The notes under the pieces were generated by a model that searched no databases, had not been told where the DNA came from, and saw only the letters and a program-made list of their open reading frames with translations. A DNA stretch of 64,000 bases from Synechococcus sp. (GTDB lineage: Bacteria > Cyanobacteriota > Cyanobacteriia > PCC-6307 > Cyanobiaceae): the NCBI GenBank assembly GCA_047285305.1, contig JBJBDL010000003.1:864001-928000 (forward strand), in the 5' to 3' direction. Positions within the stretch are counted from its first letter, which is position 1; every line of letters begins with the position of its first letter. The position numbers and the translations under genes are program-made. Below, piece by piece: positions 42,456 to 51,283 of this stretch.

Positions 42456-43201
42456 GCTCCGAACAGCACCTGGGTGAGAACGACATCCATCAGTGCCACC
42501 AGGATCAGGATCATCACCACCGCGCCGGTGGTGCTGGTGCCCACTTCCTTGGGGCCGCCGCGGGTGGTCAGGCCCCAACCGCAGGCCACCGTGGCGATGA
42601 TCAGCCCGAACACCAGGGCTTTCACCAGCATGAACGGCAGGTCCAGCGGGTTCATCCAGGTCTGCACCGAGGTCCAGAACACCGCCGGCGGGATGTTGTA
42701 GAGGGCCGTGCTGGTGAGTTGGCCCGACCACACCGCCACGAAGAAGAAGAAGAAGCACTGCACCGGTGCCATCACCACCATGGCGATCATCCGGGGCACC
42801 ACCAGGTACTCCACCGGGTCGGTGCGCAGCATGGTGATCGCATCGATCTGTTCGGTCACCTTCATCGTCCCCAGCTGGGCGGCGTAGGCGGTGGCCACCT
42901 TGCCGGCCAGCAGGCAGGAGGTGAGCAGGGGCGCGATCTCCCGTGCCAGGCCGATCGCCAGGATGCCGCCCACCGTTGATCCCGCCCCCTGGCGGGTGAG
43001 TTCGGCGGCCACCTGAATGTTGAACACCGAGCCGGCGGCCACCGAGATGATCAGCACGATCAGCAGGCTGCCGGGGCCGGCCTCCAGCATTTGCTCAAAC
43101 AGCTCACCCCGATTGATGCGACCGCGCAGGGTGGCGGCCACGGCCTGGCCTCCGATCAGCAGGCTGGTGCCCAGGCGTTTGATGGAACGGGGCGTGTTCA
43201 T
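42452..43201 (-). CDS. mlaE: MlaE/TGD1-family ABC transporter permease
   Basis: REIAPLL, AQLGTMKVTEQIDA and GGPKEVGTSTTGAVV motifs. Confidence 0.9.
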   Translation of the reverse strand: MNTPRSIKRLGTSLLIGGQAVAATLRGRINRGELFEQMLEAGPGSLLIVLIISVAAGSVFNIQVAAELTRQGAGSTVGGILAIGLAREIAPLLTSCLLAGKVATAYAAQLGTMKVTEQIDAITMLRTDPVEYLVVPRMIAMVVMAPVQCFFFFFVAVWSGQLTSTALYNIPPAVFWTSVQTWMNPLDLPFMLVKALVFGLIIATVACGWGLTTRGGPKEVGTSTTGAVVMILILVALMDVVLTQVLFGA

Positions 43202-44571
43202 CCGGCGGCCTTCTGCAGGTGGGCTCCACGGTCGGGCCAGCCTCGCATCACCACAAGGCCAAGCAGCACAAGGATGGCGGGAATAAGACCCATGCAAAGG
43301 CGGAGCGCCAGCAGGGCTGAATCCGGCTGTTCGATGAAACTCAGTGCCCCGCTGCAGTTGCCCCCCTTGGCGGAGATGTAGCCGGTGAGCGAGAGCAGGC
43401 TGCCAAACACCGACATGGTCAGGCCGATGATCAGCTTCTGGCCGAACACCATCCAGGCGGTGTAAAGCCCGGCGGGTTTGCTCGGATCAGCGTCGATCGC
43501 ATCGGGCAGCAGCGACCAGGGGATCAGATAGGCCGTCGCCGCTCCCACTCCCACCAGGGCGATCAGCCCCACCAGCGGCAGCAGTTGCAGCGGGCCGGGG
43601 TCCGCCGCCAGGGGCGGGAACAGCATTGAAAGCAAGCAGGCGCTGATCCACAGTCCTGCGCCCCAGCGCAGGGTGGCGACGCGGCCGATGCGGTTGCTGA
43701 GGTTGCTCCAGAGCTGAAGCCCCAGCAGGGCGGCGATCTGGAAGGGCAGCAGGATCCAGGTGGAGAGGTTGGCGGGCACATGCACCACCTGCACCAGCCA
43801 GATCAGGGCCACCACCTGCATCAGTTGCAGGCCGAACCAGAGCAGCAGATACAGCCCCAGCACCTGGCGGAAACGGGGGTTGGCCATCACCCGTTTGAGC
43901 TGCTGCATCGGCGGCTCGTTGTTGGGCACCGGCCGTTGGGCCCGCTTGGCGTAGGGGGCCAGGCCCCAGCAGCAGAGCAGCGTGGTGGTGGCGGCGATGC
44001 TGCCGGTGATCCGGCCCATGGCCAGGTAGCCCCCGCCTCCGTCGGTGAGCACCACCGAAGCCACGATCAGTCCGCTCAGGCCCGCCAGGATTGATCCGGT
44101 GAACCGCGCCGCATTTAGGCGGGTGCGAATGGCGGTGTCCGGCGTGAGTTCGGTGCTGAGGGCGGCGTAGGGCAGGTTGACGCTGGTGTAGGCGGTCATC
44201 AGCAACACCGCCATCACCGCGTAATACGTGGTGCGCTGCAGCGTGTCGCCCGGGGGCACCCACCACATCGCCGTCAGGCTGATGCCCAGCGGCAGGGCTG
44301 CGGTCAGCATCCAGGGCAGGCGCGGGCCCCAGCGGCTGCGGGTGTGATCGCTGAGCCAGCCGATCAACGGATCATTCAGCGCATCCCACACCTTGCTCAC
44401 CGTGAGCAGAGAGCCGGCGATGAAGGCCGGCAGGCCAGCGGCGCAGATGAAAAACGGAAAGAGATAGAAGCCCAGCTGAGTGGCGGCAAGTCCGGTGCCG
44501 GCGTCGCCCAGGCCGTAGGCCAGCATCAGCCTGCGGCGGGATCCCTGCAGGGATGCGTCGGTCGGTGTCAC
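43198..44571 (-). CDS. MFS glycoside-pentoside-hexuronide (MelB-like) transporter
   Basis: WDALNDPLIGWLSDHTRSRWGPR and NLPYAAL motifs; about 12 TM segments. Confidence 0.88.
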   Translation of the reverse strand: MTPTDASLQGSRRRLMLAYGLGDAGTGLAATQLGFYLFPFFICAAGLPAFIAGSLLTVSKVWDALNDPLIGWLSDHTRSRWGPRLPWMLTAALPLGISLTAMWWVPPGDTLQRTTYYAVMAVLLMTAYTSVNLPYAALSTELTPDTAIRTRLNAARFTGSILAGLSGLIVASVVLTDGGGGYLAMGRITGSIAATTTLLCCWGLAPYAKRAQRPVPNNEPPMQQLKRVMANPRFRQVLGLYLLLWFGLQLMQVVALIWLVQVVHVPANLSTWILLPFQIAALLGLQLWSNLSNRIGRVATLRWGAGLWISACLLSMLFPPLAADPGPLQLLPLVGLIALVGVGAATAYLIPWSLLPDAIDADPSKPAGLYTAWMVFGQKLIIGLTMSVFGSLLSLTGYISAKGGNCSGALSFIEQPDSALLALRLCMGLIPAILVLLGLVVMRGWPDRGAHLQKAAG

Positions 44572-44657
44572 GCGGAGGCTTTGGGCAGGCGGATTGCCAT
44601 AATGAATGCGTGCTCACGACACCACCAGCCCCTGAGGCAGTGGTTCGTTTGTACTAC

Positions 44658-44728
44658 GCGGGTGTTGTGTAATGGTAAGACCTCAGCCTTCCAAGCTGAT
44701 GACACGGGTTCGATTCCCGTCACCCGCT
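44658..44728 (+). tRNA. tRNA-Gly(TCC)
   Basis: GCGGGTGTTGTGTAATGGTAAGACCTCAGCCTTCCAAGCTGATGACACGGGTTCGATTCCCGTCACCCGCT folds as a cloverleaf. Confidence 0.97.
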
Positions 44729-44732
44729 TTGA

Positions 44733-46823
44733 TCACAACCGCAGGCTTGTGGTTTCCTCCTCGGCGAGCAGCAGCACGAAGCTCCGGCTCTGCAAGGGGA
44801 TCTCAACGCCGCTGAAGCTGGCTGGCTCGGCTGGGAAATCCTTGGGGCTGGGCAAGGAGGTGTCGATCACCCGTTTCCAGGGGGAGGCCGGAACCGGCAA
44901 CTCAAAGCTGAGGCTTTCCTTGTAGGCGTTGAAGCCCATCCACAGCAGAGCCCCGCGGCTGCCGCGGTGGAGGCTGGTGGCCGTCGTGCGGCTCCAGGCG
45001 GCCCAGTCGGGTTTGGCCAGGTTCACCCCGTGCCATTGACGCCAGAGATCGCTGCGCTGCTCCGATGGTTGTTCCGCTGATTTGCGGTTGCTTTCCCGCG
45101 GCGGCACCAATGGATTGAACAGTTGCGGCAGGGCCTGGCGCAGCCGCAGCAGCCGCTGCAGAAATTGCTTCAGCTCCAGGTCGCACTGGTCTTCATTCCA
45201 GACCATCCAGCCCAGGGGGCTGTTCTGGCACCAGCTGTTGTTGTTACCCCCTTGGCTGCGGCCCACTTCATCGCCCATCAGCAGCATCGGCACGCCACGG
45301 GCCAGCAGCAGAGAGCTGAGCAGGTTGCGTTGCTGACGCCGCCGCAGGCTTTGCACCAGGGGGTTGCTGCTGGGGCCTTCGATGCCGTGGTTCCAGCTGT
45401 TGTTGTGGTTCTCGCCGTCGCGGTTGTCTTCGCCGTTGGCCAGGTTGTGCTTGCGGTTGTAGCTCACCAGATCCGCCAGGGTGAAGCCGTCGTGGGCGGT
45501 GATGAAGTTCACCGAACGCCCCAGGGCCACGGGCTTGCCGTCATAGAGATCGGGGCTGCCCTTGAACCGCTGGGCCAGGCTCCAGGTGCTGTGGTCGTCC
45601 CCTTTCCAGAAGCGCCGCACCCCGTCGCGGAAATGGCCGTTCCAGGTGCCGATCCGCTGGGCGGGGAAGTCGTCCAGCCGATAAAGACCGCCGCAGTCCC
45701 ACGGTTCGCTCACCAGTTTGAGATCACTCAGCTGCGGCTCGGCCTCCATGGCCGCGAACAGGGGCGGCTCATTCAGGGGTTTGAGCTGGTCGCCGCGGCT
45801 CAGGGCAATGCCCAGATCGAAGCGGAAGCCATCCACCCCCAGTTCAAGGGCCCAGCAGCGCATCGACTCGAGGATCAGCTGGGTGCTGATCGGCGCATTG
45901 GCGGCGATCGAGTTGCCGCAGCCGCTCACATCCTGATAGTCGCCGTCCTCGTTTTGGTGGTAGTAGACGTTGTCGGCGCAACCCCGCCAGCTCAGGGTGG
46001 GGCCATGGCGGTTGCCCTCGGTGGTGTGGTTGTAGACCACATCCAGCAGCACTTCGATGCCGGCGTCATGGCAGGCGGCCACCAGTTGGCGCACCTCATG
46101 GCGGGCCTGCAATGGATCGCTGCTGCTGCAGTAGCCGTGGTGGGGTGTGAACCAGCTCAGGGGGCTGTACCCCCACACGTTGTCGCGGCCCGGGGGCGCA
46201 TCGGCCGGGTCGAAGCAGAACACCGGCAGCAGCTCCACCGCCGTGATGCCCAGCTCCTTGAGGTAGGGCAACTTTTCAATCAGGCCTAGGTAGGTGCCGC
46301 GGTGTTCCACGGCGACCCCGGCATCCTCACGGCGGGTGAAGCCCCCCACGTGCAGCTCGTAGATCACCGTGCGTTGCCAGCTGTGGCGCGGGCGCGGATG
46401 GGCCTGAAAGTCGAACAGATCCCGTTCGCACACCACCGCCTTGAGGCAGGCATGGGCGTTGGGTGTGGGGCCGGTGGCCAGCACCCGGTCGTAGACGTCC
46501 CAACCACTGATCGCACGGGCGGCGGGGTCCAGCAGCACCTTGGAGGGCTGGAAGCCATGGCCCCCCGGCGCCAGCGGCCCGAAGACCCGGTAGCCGTAAC
46601 AGCAGCCTTCACCGACCCCCTCCACTTCCACGTGCCAGTAGTCGCCTGAGCGGTGACGTCGACCGTCCAGTTCGATCACCCGCTCCGGGCTGCGGTCGTT
46701 GCCGTTGCTGTAGAGCAGCAATTCAATGCGGTCGGCCCCGGGAGCCGCCAGCACAAAGTTCACACCTCGTCGGGTGAGGCTGCTGCCCAGGGGCCAGGGA
46801 GAACCGGGGTGAATGCCACTCAA
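44733..46823 (-). CDS. glgX: Glycogen debranching enzyme (isoamylase)
   Basis: YELHVGGFT, DVVYNHT, GVDGFRFD and NFITAHDGFTL motifs. Start taken at TTG 46823; the track extension overlaps the divergent gene. Confidence 0.93.
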   Translation of the reverse strand: MSGIHPGSPWPLGSSLTRRGVNFVLAAPGADRIELLLYSNGNDRSPERVIELDGRRHRSGDYWHVEVEGVGEGCCYGYRVFGPLAPGGHGFQPSKVLLDPAARAISGWDVYDRVLATGPTPNAHACLKAVVCERDLFDFQAHPRPRHSWQRTVIYELHVGGFTRREDAGVAVEHRGTYLGLIEKLPYLKELGITAVELLPVFCFDPADAPPGRDNVWGYSPLSWFTPHHGYCSSSDPLQARHEVRQLVAACHDAGIEVLLDVVYNHTTEGNRHGPTLSWRGCADNVYYHQNEDGDYQDVSGCGNSIAANAPISTQLILESMRCWALELGVDGFRFDLGIALSRGDQLKPLNEPPLFAAMEAEPQLSDLKLVSEPWDCGGLYRLDDFPAQRIGTWNGHFRDGVRRFWKGDDHSTWSLAQRFKGSPDLYDGKPVALGRSVNFITAHDGFTLADLVSYNRKHNLANGEDNRDGENHNNSWNHGIEGPSSNPLVQSLRRRQQRNLLSSLLLARGVPMLLMGDEVGRSQGGNNNSWCQNSPLGWMVWNEDQCDLELKQFLQRLLRLRQALPQLFNPLVPPRESNRKSAEQPSEQRSDLWRQWHGVNLAKPDWAAWSRTTATSLHRGSRGALLWMGFNAYKESLSFELPVPASPWKRVIDTSLPSPKDFPAEPASFSGVEIPLQSRSFVLLLAEEETTSLRL

Positions 46824-46880
46824 GGCCCGTAGGGGGCATCTCGACTTCAAACTAGTGGTTTGGTCCGTTGTTTTGAACCA

Positions 46881-47540
46881 ATGGCGATGACCACCACACT
46901 TGAGGCCGGCCGGCCGCCGCAGCAGCTGCGTGACGACCTCTGGTTGTTTCCGCCCAACCGCGACAGCCAGGGCGGCAGCTCCTGGTGGCTGGATCTGGAT
47001 CCCGAGCCCGTGCTGGTGGACTGCCCGCCGTTGACGGAGGCCAGCCTCACGGCTCTGTGCCAGCTGGCGGGAACCCGCAGCCCGAGGATCCTGCTCACCA
47101 GTCGAGAAGGCCACGGGCGCCTGCGTCGCGTTCAGGAGCGCCTGGGATGGCCGGTTCTGGTGCAGGAACAGGAGGCCTATCTCCTGCCCAATGTGGAGCC
47201 GTTGGACACCTTTGCCGAGGAACACACCACGGTGAGTGGTTTGCGGCTGTTGTGGACGCCGGGGCCGACGCCGGGGAGCTGTGTGGTGTTCGCCCCGGCA
47301 CCAAATGAACTGTTGTTCTGCGGGCGTTTGCTGACGCCATGGGCTCCGGGTCAGCTCGCGCCGATGCGCCATGCCCGCACATTCCACTGGCCCAGACAGC
47401 TGAACAGCTTGGCCAGGCTCAGGGAGTGGATTCCTTCAGATGCCAGTCCCCAACTGCTTTCTGGGGCTGGGCTTGGTGCCTTGCGTGGGGAGCGGCTCGT
47501 GCCCTTCAGCGGTTGGAGCGATGCTGCGGACAACTGCTAA
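46881..47540 (+). CDS. MBL-fold protein with degenerate metal motifs
   Basis: FPPNRD..GG.S, LVDCP, ILLTSREGH and WTPGPTPGS pattern of a cyanobacterial MBL-like family. Confidence 0.7.
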   Translation: MAMTTTLEAGRPPQQLRDDLWLFPPNRDSQGGSSWWLDLDPEPVLVDCPPLTEASLTALCQLAGTRSPRILLTSREGHGRLRRVQERLGWPVLVQEQEAYLLPNVEPLDTFAEEHTTVSGLRLLWTPGPTPGSCVVFAPAPNELLFCGRLLTPWAPGQLAPMRHARTFHWPRQLNSLARLREWIPSDASPQLLSGAGLGALRGERLVPFSGWSDAADNC

Positions 47541-47673
47541 AGCGTTGCGGCACAACACGTTTCGCTTGCAGCAACCGGTTGCTCTCCATACGATTGGGCC
47601 GCTTGGGGAAGGCAGCGGCGAGCCCACGACGCCGTATCTGAGCCGTCTCCCGCCCCCCGACTCTCTCTAACCA

Positions 47674-47949
47674 ATGAACAAAGCTGATCTGGTGAATCTG
47701 GTGGCTGCTCGCACCGAGCTCACCAAGACCGACGTTTCCATGGTTGTCGACGCCGCCATCGACACGATCATCGACTCCGTGGTGGAAGGCAAGAAGGTGT
47801 CCATCCTCGGTTTCGGTTCCTTTGAGCCCCGTGAGCGTTCCGCCCGTCAGGGTCTGAACCCCAAGACCGGCGAGAAGATCGCGATTCCCGCCAAGCGCGT
47901 TCCCGCCTTCACCGCCGGCAAGATGTTCAAGGACCGCGTTCAGGGCTGA
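47674..47949 (+). CDS. hup: DNA-binding protein HU
   Basis: MNKADLV...GFGSF..RERSARQGLNPKTGE. Confidence 0.97.
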   Translation: MNKADLVNLVAARTELTKTDVSMVVDAAIDTIIDSVVEGKKVSILGFGSFEPRERSARQGLNPKTGEKIAIPAKRVPAFTAGKMFKDRVQG

Positions 47950-47973
47950 TCAGCGCCTCAACCTCGTTCTCCG

Positions 47974-47998
47974 GGCGGCCCAGTGGGTCGCCTTTTTT
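47974..47998 (+). terminator. Terminator of hup
   Basis: GGCGGCCC-AGT-GGGTCGCC followed by TTTTTT. Confidence 0.75.
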
Positions 47999-48896
47999 GA
48001 TGGCTGTTCAGATGAAGGAACTTCCGGAGCATCTGCAACAGCATCTGGAGCGGGGGCGAGCCTTGGCAGCCGCCGGTGGCTACCGCGGCCGTTTCGCCCC
48101 ATCCCCCACGGGGGTGCTCCACCTCGGCAACCTGCAAACGGCTCTGCTCTCGTGGTTGGCGGCCCGTCAGGCCGGTGGGGCCTGGTTGCTGCGCATCGAT
48201 GACCTCGATACGCCGCGCAACCGCGCCGGTGCCATCGAGGCGATCCAAAGCGATTTGTGCTGGCTGGGCCTGGAATGGGATGGGCCGGTGCTTCTCCAGA
48301 GCGAACGGCGTGGCATCTACCACTCCTGGTTGTCGTGGTTACGCCGATCCGGATGGTTGTTCGCCTGTCGCTGCTCCCGAAGGCAGCTTGCCGGTCAGCC
48401 GATCTACCCCGGCGTCTGCCGGACGGCTGGGCACCACTGGGGCTGGCAGCAGCAGCGGCTCCCCAGTTGGCGCCTGCGGGTGGCTGATGACGATCCCCAC
48501 AGCAGTGGCGATGTGGTGTTGCGGCGAGCCGATGGCTTCATCGCCTACCAGCTCGCCACCGTGATCGACGAACTCAGCCTCGGCATCACCGATGTGGTGC
48601 GTGGTGCTGATCTGCGCGAGGCCCTGCCAGCCCAGCGAAGTGTCTTTGCGGCCCTGGGTGAATCACCGCCCCAGTTCCGGCATGGGCCGCTGCTTTGTGA
48701 TGCCAGCGGCCAGAAACTGTCCAAGCGTGAGGCCAGTTCCGGCCTGGAACCGCTCCGTGCCGCGGGGCTCGATGCGGCTGCGGTGATTGGTCGTTTGGCC
48801 TCAGGCCTTCAGCTGCTGGATCCTGGTGCGCGCCTGAGTGCAACAGAGTTGCTCGAACACTTGACGCAGCAAGAGATCAATGCAGTGATTTCTTAA
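47997..48896 (+). CDS. gluQ: Glutamyl-Q tRNA(Asp) synthetase
   Basis: RFAPSPTGVLHLGN, RIDDLD, CRCSR and KLSKR motifs; short, no anticodon domain. Start could be 48000 or 48012. Confidence 0.88.
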   Translation: MMAVQMKELPEHLQQHLERGRALAAAGGYRGRFAPSPTGVLHLGNLQTALLSWLAARQAGGAWLLRIDDLDTPRNRAGAIEAIQSDLCWLGLEWDGPVLLQSERRGIYHSWLSWLRRSGWLFACRCSRRQLAGQPIYPGVCRTAGHHWGWQQQRLPSWRLRVADDDPHSSGDVVLRRADGFIAYQLATVIDELSLGITDVVRGADLREALPAQRSVFAALGESPPQFRHGPLLCDASGQKLSKREASSGLEPLRAAGLDAAAVIGRLASGLQLLDPGARLSATELLEHLTQQEINAVIS

Positions 48897-48962
48897 GGAA
48901 CACTTCGGGATCAGCGGCGGGTTTTCCACCCACACTGAATCCATCGTCTGATCCTTGGGGTC

Positions 48963-49151
48963 ATGTGCACGTGCACCGTCTGTGGTGGCAGTGGGATGCA
49001 GCGGGTGTCGGGGGACCGCTTCCGCACGTGCATCGTCTGTCTGGGGACCGGTCAGATCAGTTCAGCGGTGCAGTCGGCACCGTTGAACCACCAGCCCATC
49101 AACACCCCAGGTCTGGCCAAACTCAGCTGTCCGACCCGGCCCCTGGCTTGA
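48963..49151 (+). CDS. Small DnaJ-type zinc-finger protein
   Basis: Two CxxCxGxG motifs (CTVCGGSG, CIVCLGTG). Confidence 0.6.
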   Translation: MCTCTVCGGSGMQRVSGDRFRTCIVCLGTGQISSAVQSAPLNHQPINTPGLAKLSCPTRPLA

Positions 49152-49154
49152 TCC

Positions 49155-49274
49155 TCAGCTCAGGGGAGTCTTCTGATCGTTCTGGATCACGAAGTAGGTG
49201 GCCGTCGCCACAACGATCAACAGCGGCACCGCGGTGAACAGCAGCAGGGCAATGGCGGTCCAGTCGGTGTACAC
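49155..49274 (-). CDS. 39-aa single-TM peptide
   Basis: Hand translation from GTG: MYTDWTAIALLLFTAVPLLIVVATATYFVIQNDQKTPLS. Confidence 0.6.
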   Translation of the reverse strand: MYTDWTAIALLLFTAVPLLIVVATATYFVIQNDQKTPLS

Positions 49275-49330
49275 GGCGGGGCGATGGGTCGAAGTTGAGG
49301 CATCATCTCAGCAAATCGCCCCCCTGAGCC

Positions 49331-49642
49331 CTGCTCGCGCGCTCCGTCACAGTCCTGCTGCTCCTCGCCATGGCGGCCCCTGTGGTGCGTGCGTCGCCCT
49401 TGGCAGCCTTTCAGGCCCGAGCCAGGCGCTGCTTGGAGGGCCGTCAGCCTCAGCTCTGTGAACAGGCCTTGGTCGAGGCGGAGGCCCTGCAGCAACAGGC
49501 GTCAGCCAGCAGTGCCTATCCCTGCCAGACCCTGCTGTTGGGGGTTCAGGCGGATCTGGTGATGCAGCAGCTCCGGGCGGGCCGTGGCGCCGAGGCCATT
49601 GCTGACCTGCAGGCGGCGACCCGCGGCTGCGCTGGGCTCTGA
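49331..49642 (+). CDS. Small exported hypothetical protein with four Cys
   Basis: ORF from ATG 49370 extends in frame to CTG 49331, giving a signal peptide LARSVTVLLLLAMAAPVVRA; contains YPCQTLLLGVQADL. Confidence 0.6.
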   Translation: MLARSVTVLLLLAMAAPVVRASPLAAFQARARRCLEGRQPQLCEQALVEAEALQQQASASSAYPCQTLLLGVQADLVMQQLRAGRGAEAIADLQAATRGCAGL

Positions 49643-49661
49643 TGCAGCCAGCTGCATCCCG

Positions 49662-50441
49662 TTATCGGCCAACAATCACCGGTGGTGTGCTGCCACCACG
49701 AATGGGAGGAACCACCTTTGTTTTCCCGTCCCACTTGTCGAGGAACAGCTTGTAGAGAACGCTGTCATTGAGCGAGCGGGTCAAGGTCTGAAACTTCAGG
49801 GCCTCCTGCTCGGCGATCTGAACCTCTGTTTTGGCGCGCAGAAGCTGCTGTTGTGCAATCTGCTTCTGCTCGATGGCCGCTCGGTATTCCTCAGCAATCT
49901 TGAGGCCCGTGATGTCCAGGCCTTTAACGGCCACATAGTCGAATTTGCTCAGCTCATTGGAGACGCTTTCTTGCACAAGGGTGGAAATGTTGTTCCAGTC
50001 GGTGGCGATGGTGTCGAGTTCATACTTCGAGAACACCGATTTCAGTGATTTCAGCAGCGATGGCTGGATCACCCTGGCGTAAATCGCAGAGTCATCGGTG
50101 GCAATCGTGCTGTAGATCCTGGGGGCTTCTCCGGGCTTGACCGCATATTTCACCGTTGCTGTGGCTTCGATCACCTGCAGGTCTTTGGTGAGTGTTGAAA
50201 ATTTTTCGGGGATGACCTGCGTTCTGACGCTGAAATTATGGGTCGACTGAATGAACGGAAGTTTGAGGTTCAACCCCGGCTCTCTTGGGGTGTTGGAGAC
50301 TTTGCCAAGGGTGGTGACCACGCCAACTTCACCAGCGGGAACAACAAACACGCTGGAGAGCAGAGCAATGCCTCCAATGAAAACCGTGGTGACGCCCACC
50401 ACGGTTTTGGTGATCTGCTCCGGCTGGGGGTTGGCTTGCAT
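49662..50441 (-). CDS. SPFH/prohibitin (band 7) family protein
   Basis: N-terminal TM, VPAGEVGVV..LGKV, TKDLQ and AIEQKQIAQQ motifs. Confidence 0.9.
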   Translation of the reverse strand: MQANPQPEQITKTVVGVTTVFIGGIALLSSVFVVPAGEVGVVTTLGKVSNTPREPGLNLKLPFIQSTHNFSVRTQVIPEKFSTLTKDLQVIEATATVKYAVKPGEAPRIYSTIATDDSAIYARVIQPSLLKSLKSVFSKYELDTIATDWNNISTLVQESVSNELSKFDYVAVKGLDITGLKIAEEYRAAIEQKQIAQQQLLRAKTEVQIAEQEALKFQTLTRSLNDSVLYKLFLDKWDGKTKVVPPIRGGSTPPVIVGR

Positions 50442-50554
50442 GCTGCTGGCTTGATTCGATCCTTAAAACGGTAGTGATTTGTTGTGGGTTATTGGCAAAA
50501 AATTTCTGATGATCTCTGGACTGGTGCAGCAGCGATTGTGGTGTTTTTGCTCAG

Positions 50555-51283
50555 TCAGCTTCTGCGTTCCCGGTGCATCCAGCTGATCCAGTCGGCGGAA
50601 ATCTCCTGAGGACAGACCGCCTCGCATTCGAGGTTGCTGCTGCAGCTGCCGAAGCCCTCGGCCTCCATCTGGCGTTGCATCGCGTCAGCGCGGCTGGCCC
50701 GTTCCGGTTGCCCCTGCGGCAGTTGCCCCAAGTGCGCCAGCTTGGCGGCCACGAACAGGCTTGCCGAGGCATTGCGGCAACTGGCGACGCAGGCGCCACA
50801 ACCGATGCAGGTTGCCGTGCTGAAGGCGCTTGTGGCCTGCTCCCGGCCCACGGGCAGGGCGTTGCCATCGGGGGCCTGGCCAGTGCCCGTTGAGCAGTAG
50901 CCGCCGGCGGCGATCAGCCGGTCAAAGGCGGAGCGGTCCACCATCAGATCCTGGATCGGAGGAAAGGCCTTGGCGCGCCATGGATCCAGGGTCAGCACCG
51001 CACCATCGTTGAACTCCCGCAGGTAGAGCTGGCATACGGAGGTGGCGGCCCGAGGGCCATGGGCCTGGCCGTTCACCAGGAAGCCGCAGCTGCCGCAGAT
51101 GCCTTCGCGGCAGTCGTGCTCGAAGCTCACCGGCCGTTCCCCGGCGCTGATCAGTTGTTCATTGAGCTGATCGAGGGCCTCCAGCAGGGAGAGGTTGGGG
51201 GAGACGTTCTCCAGCTGATGGCTCTGGTAACCACCGGGTTGATCGGCGCTGCTCTGGCGCCAGATGCGCAGGGTGAGTTTCAT
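50555..51283 (-). CDS. sdhB: Succinate dehydrogenase/fumarate reductase Fe-S subunit
   Basis: [20 protein letters not shown] and [12 protein letters not shown] motifs. Confidence 0.93.
   Translation of the reverse strand: MKLTLRIWRQSSADQPGGYQSHQLENVSPNLSLLEALDQLNEQLISAGERPVSFEHDCREGICGSCGFLVNGQAHGPRAATSVCQLYLREFNDGAVLTLDPWRAKAFPPIQDLMVDRSAFDRLIAAGGYCSTGTGQAPDGNALPVGREQATSAFSTATCIGCGACVASCRNASASLFVAAKLAHLGQLPQGQPERASRADAMQRQMEAEGFGSCSSNLECEAVCPQEISADWISWMHRERRS

Noticed and set aside
46824..47387. N-terminal extension making GlgX 884 aa
   Set aside because: It overlaps the divergent MBL-fold gene, and GlgX similarity starts near 46820. The same reasoning applies to track extensions of YebC, purD, pepA, psbV, DUF3119 and the 5781 ORF.
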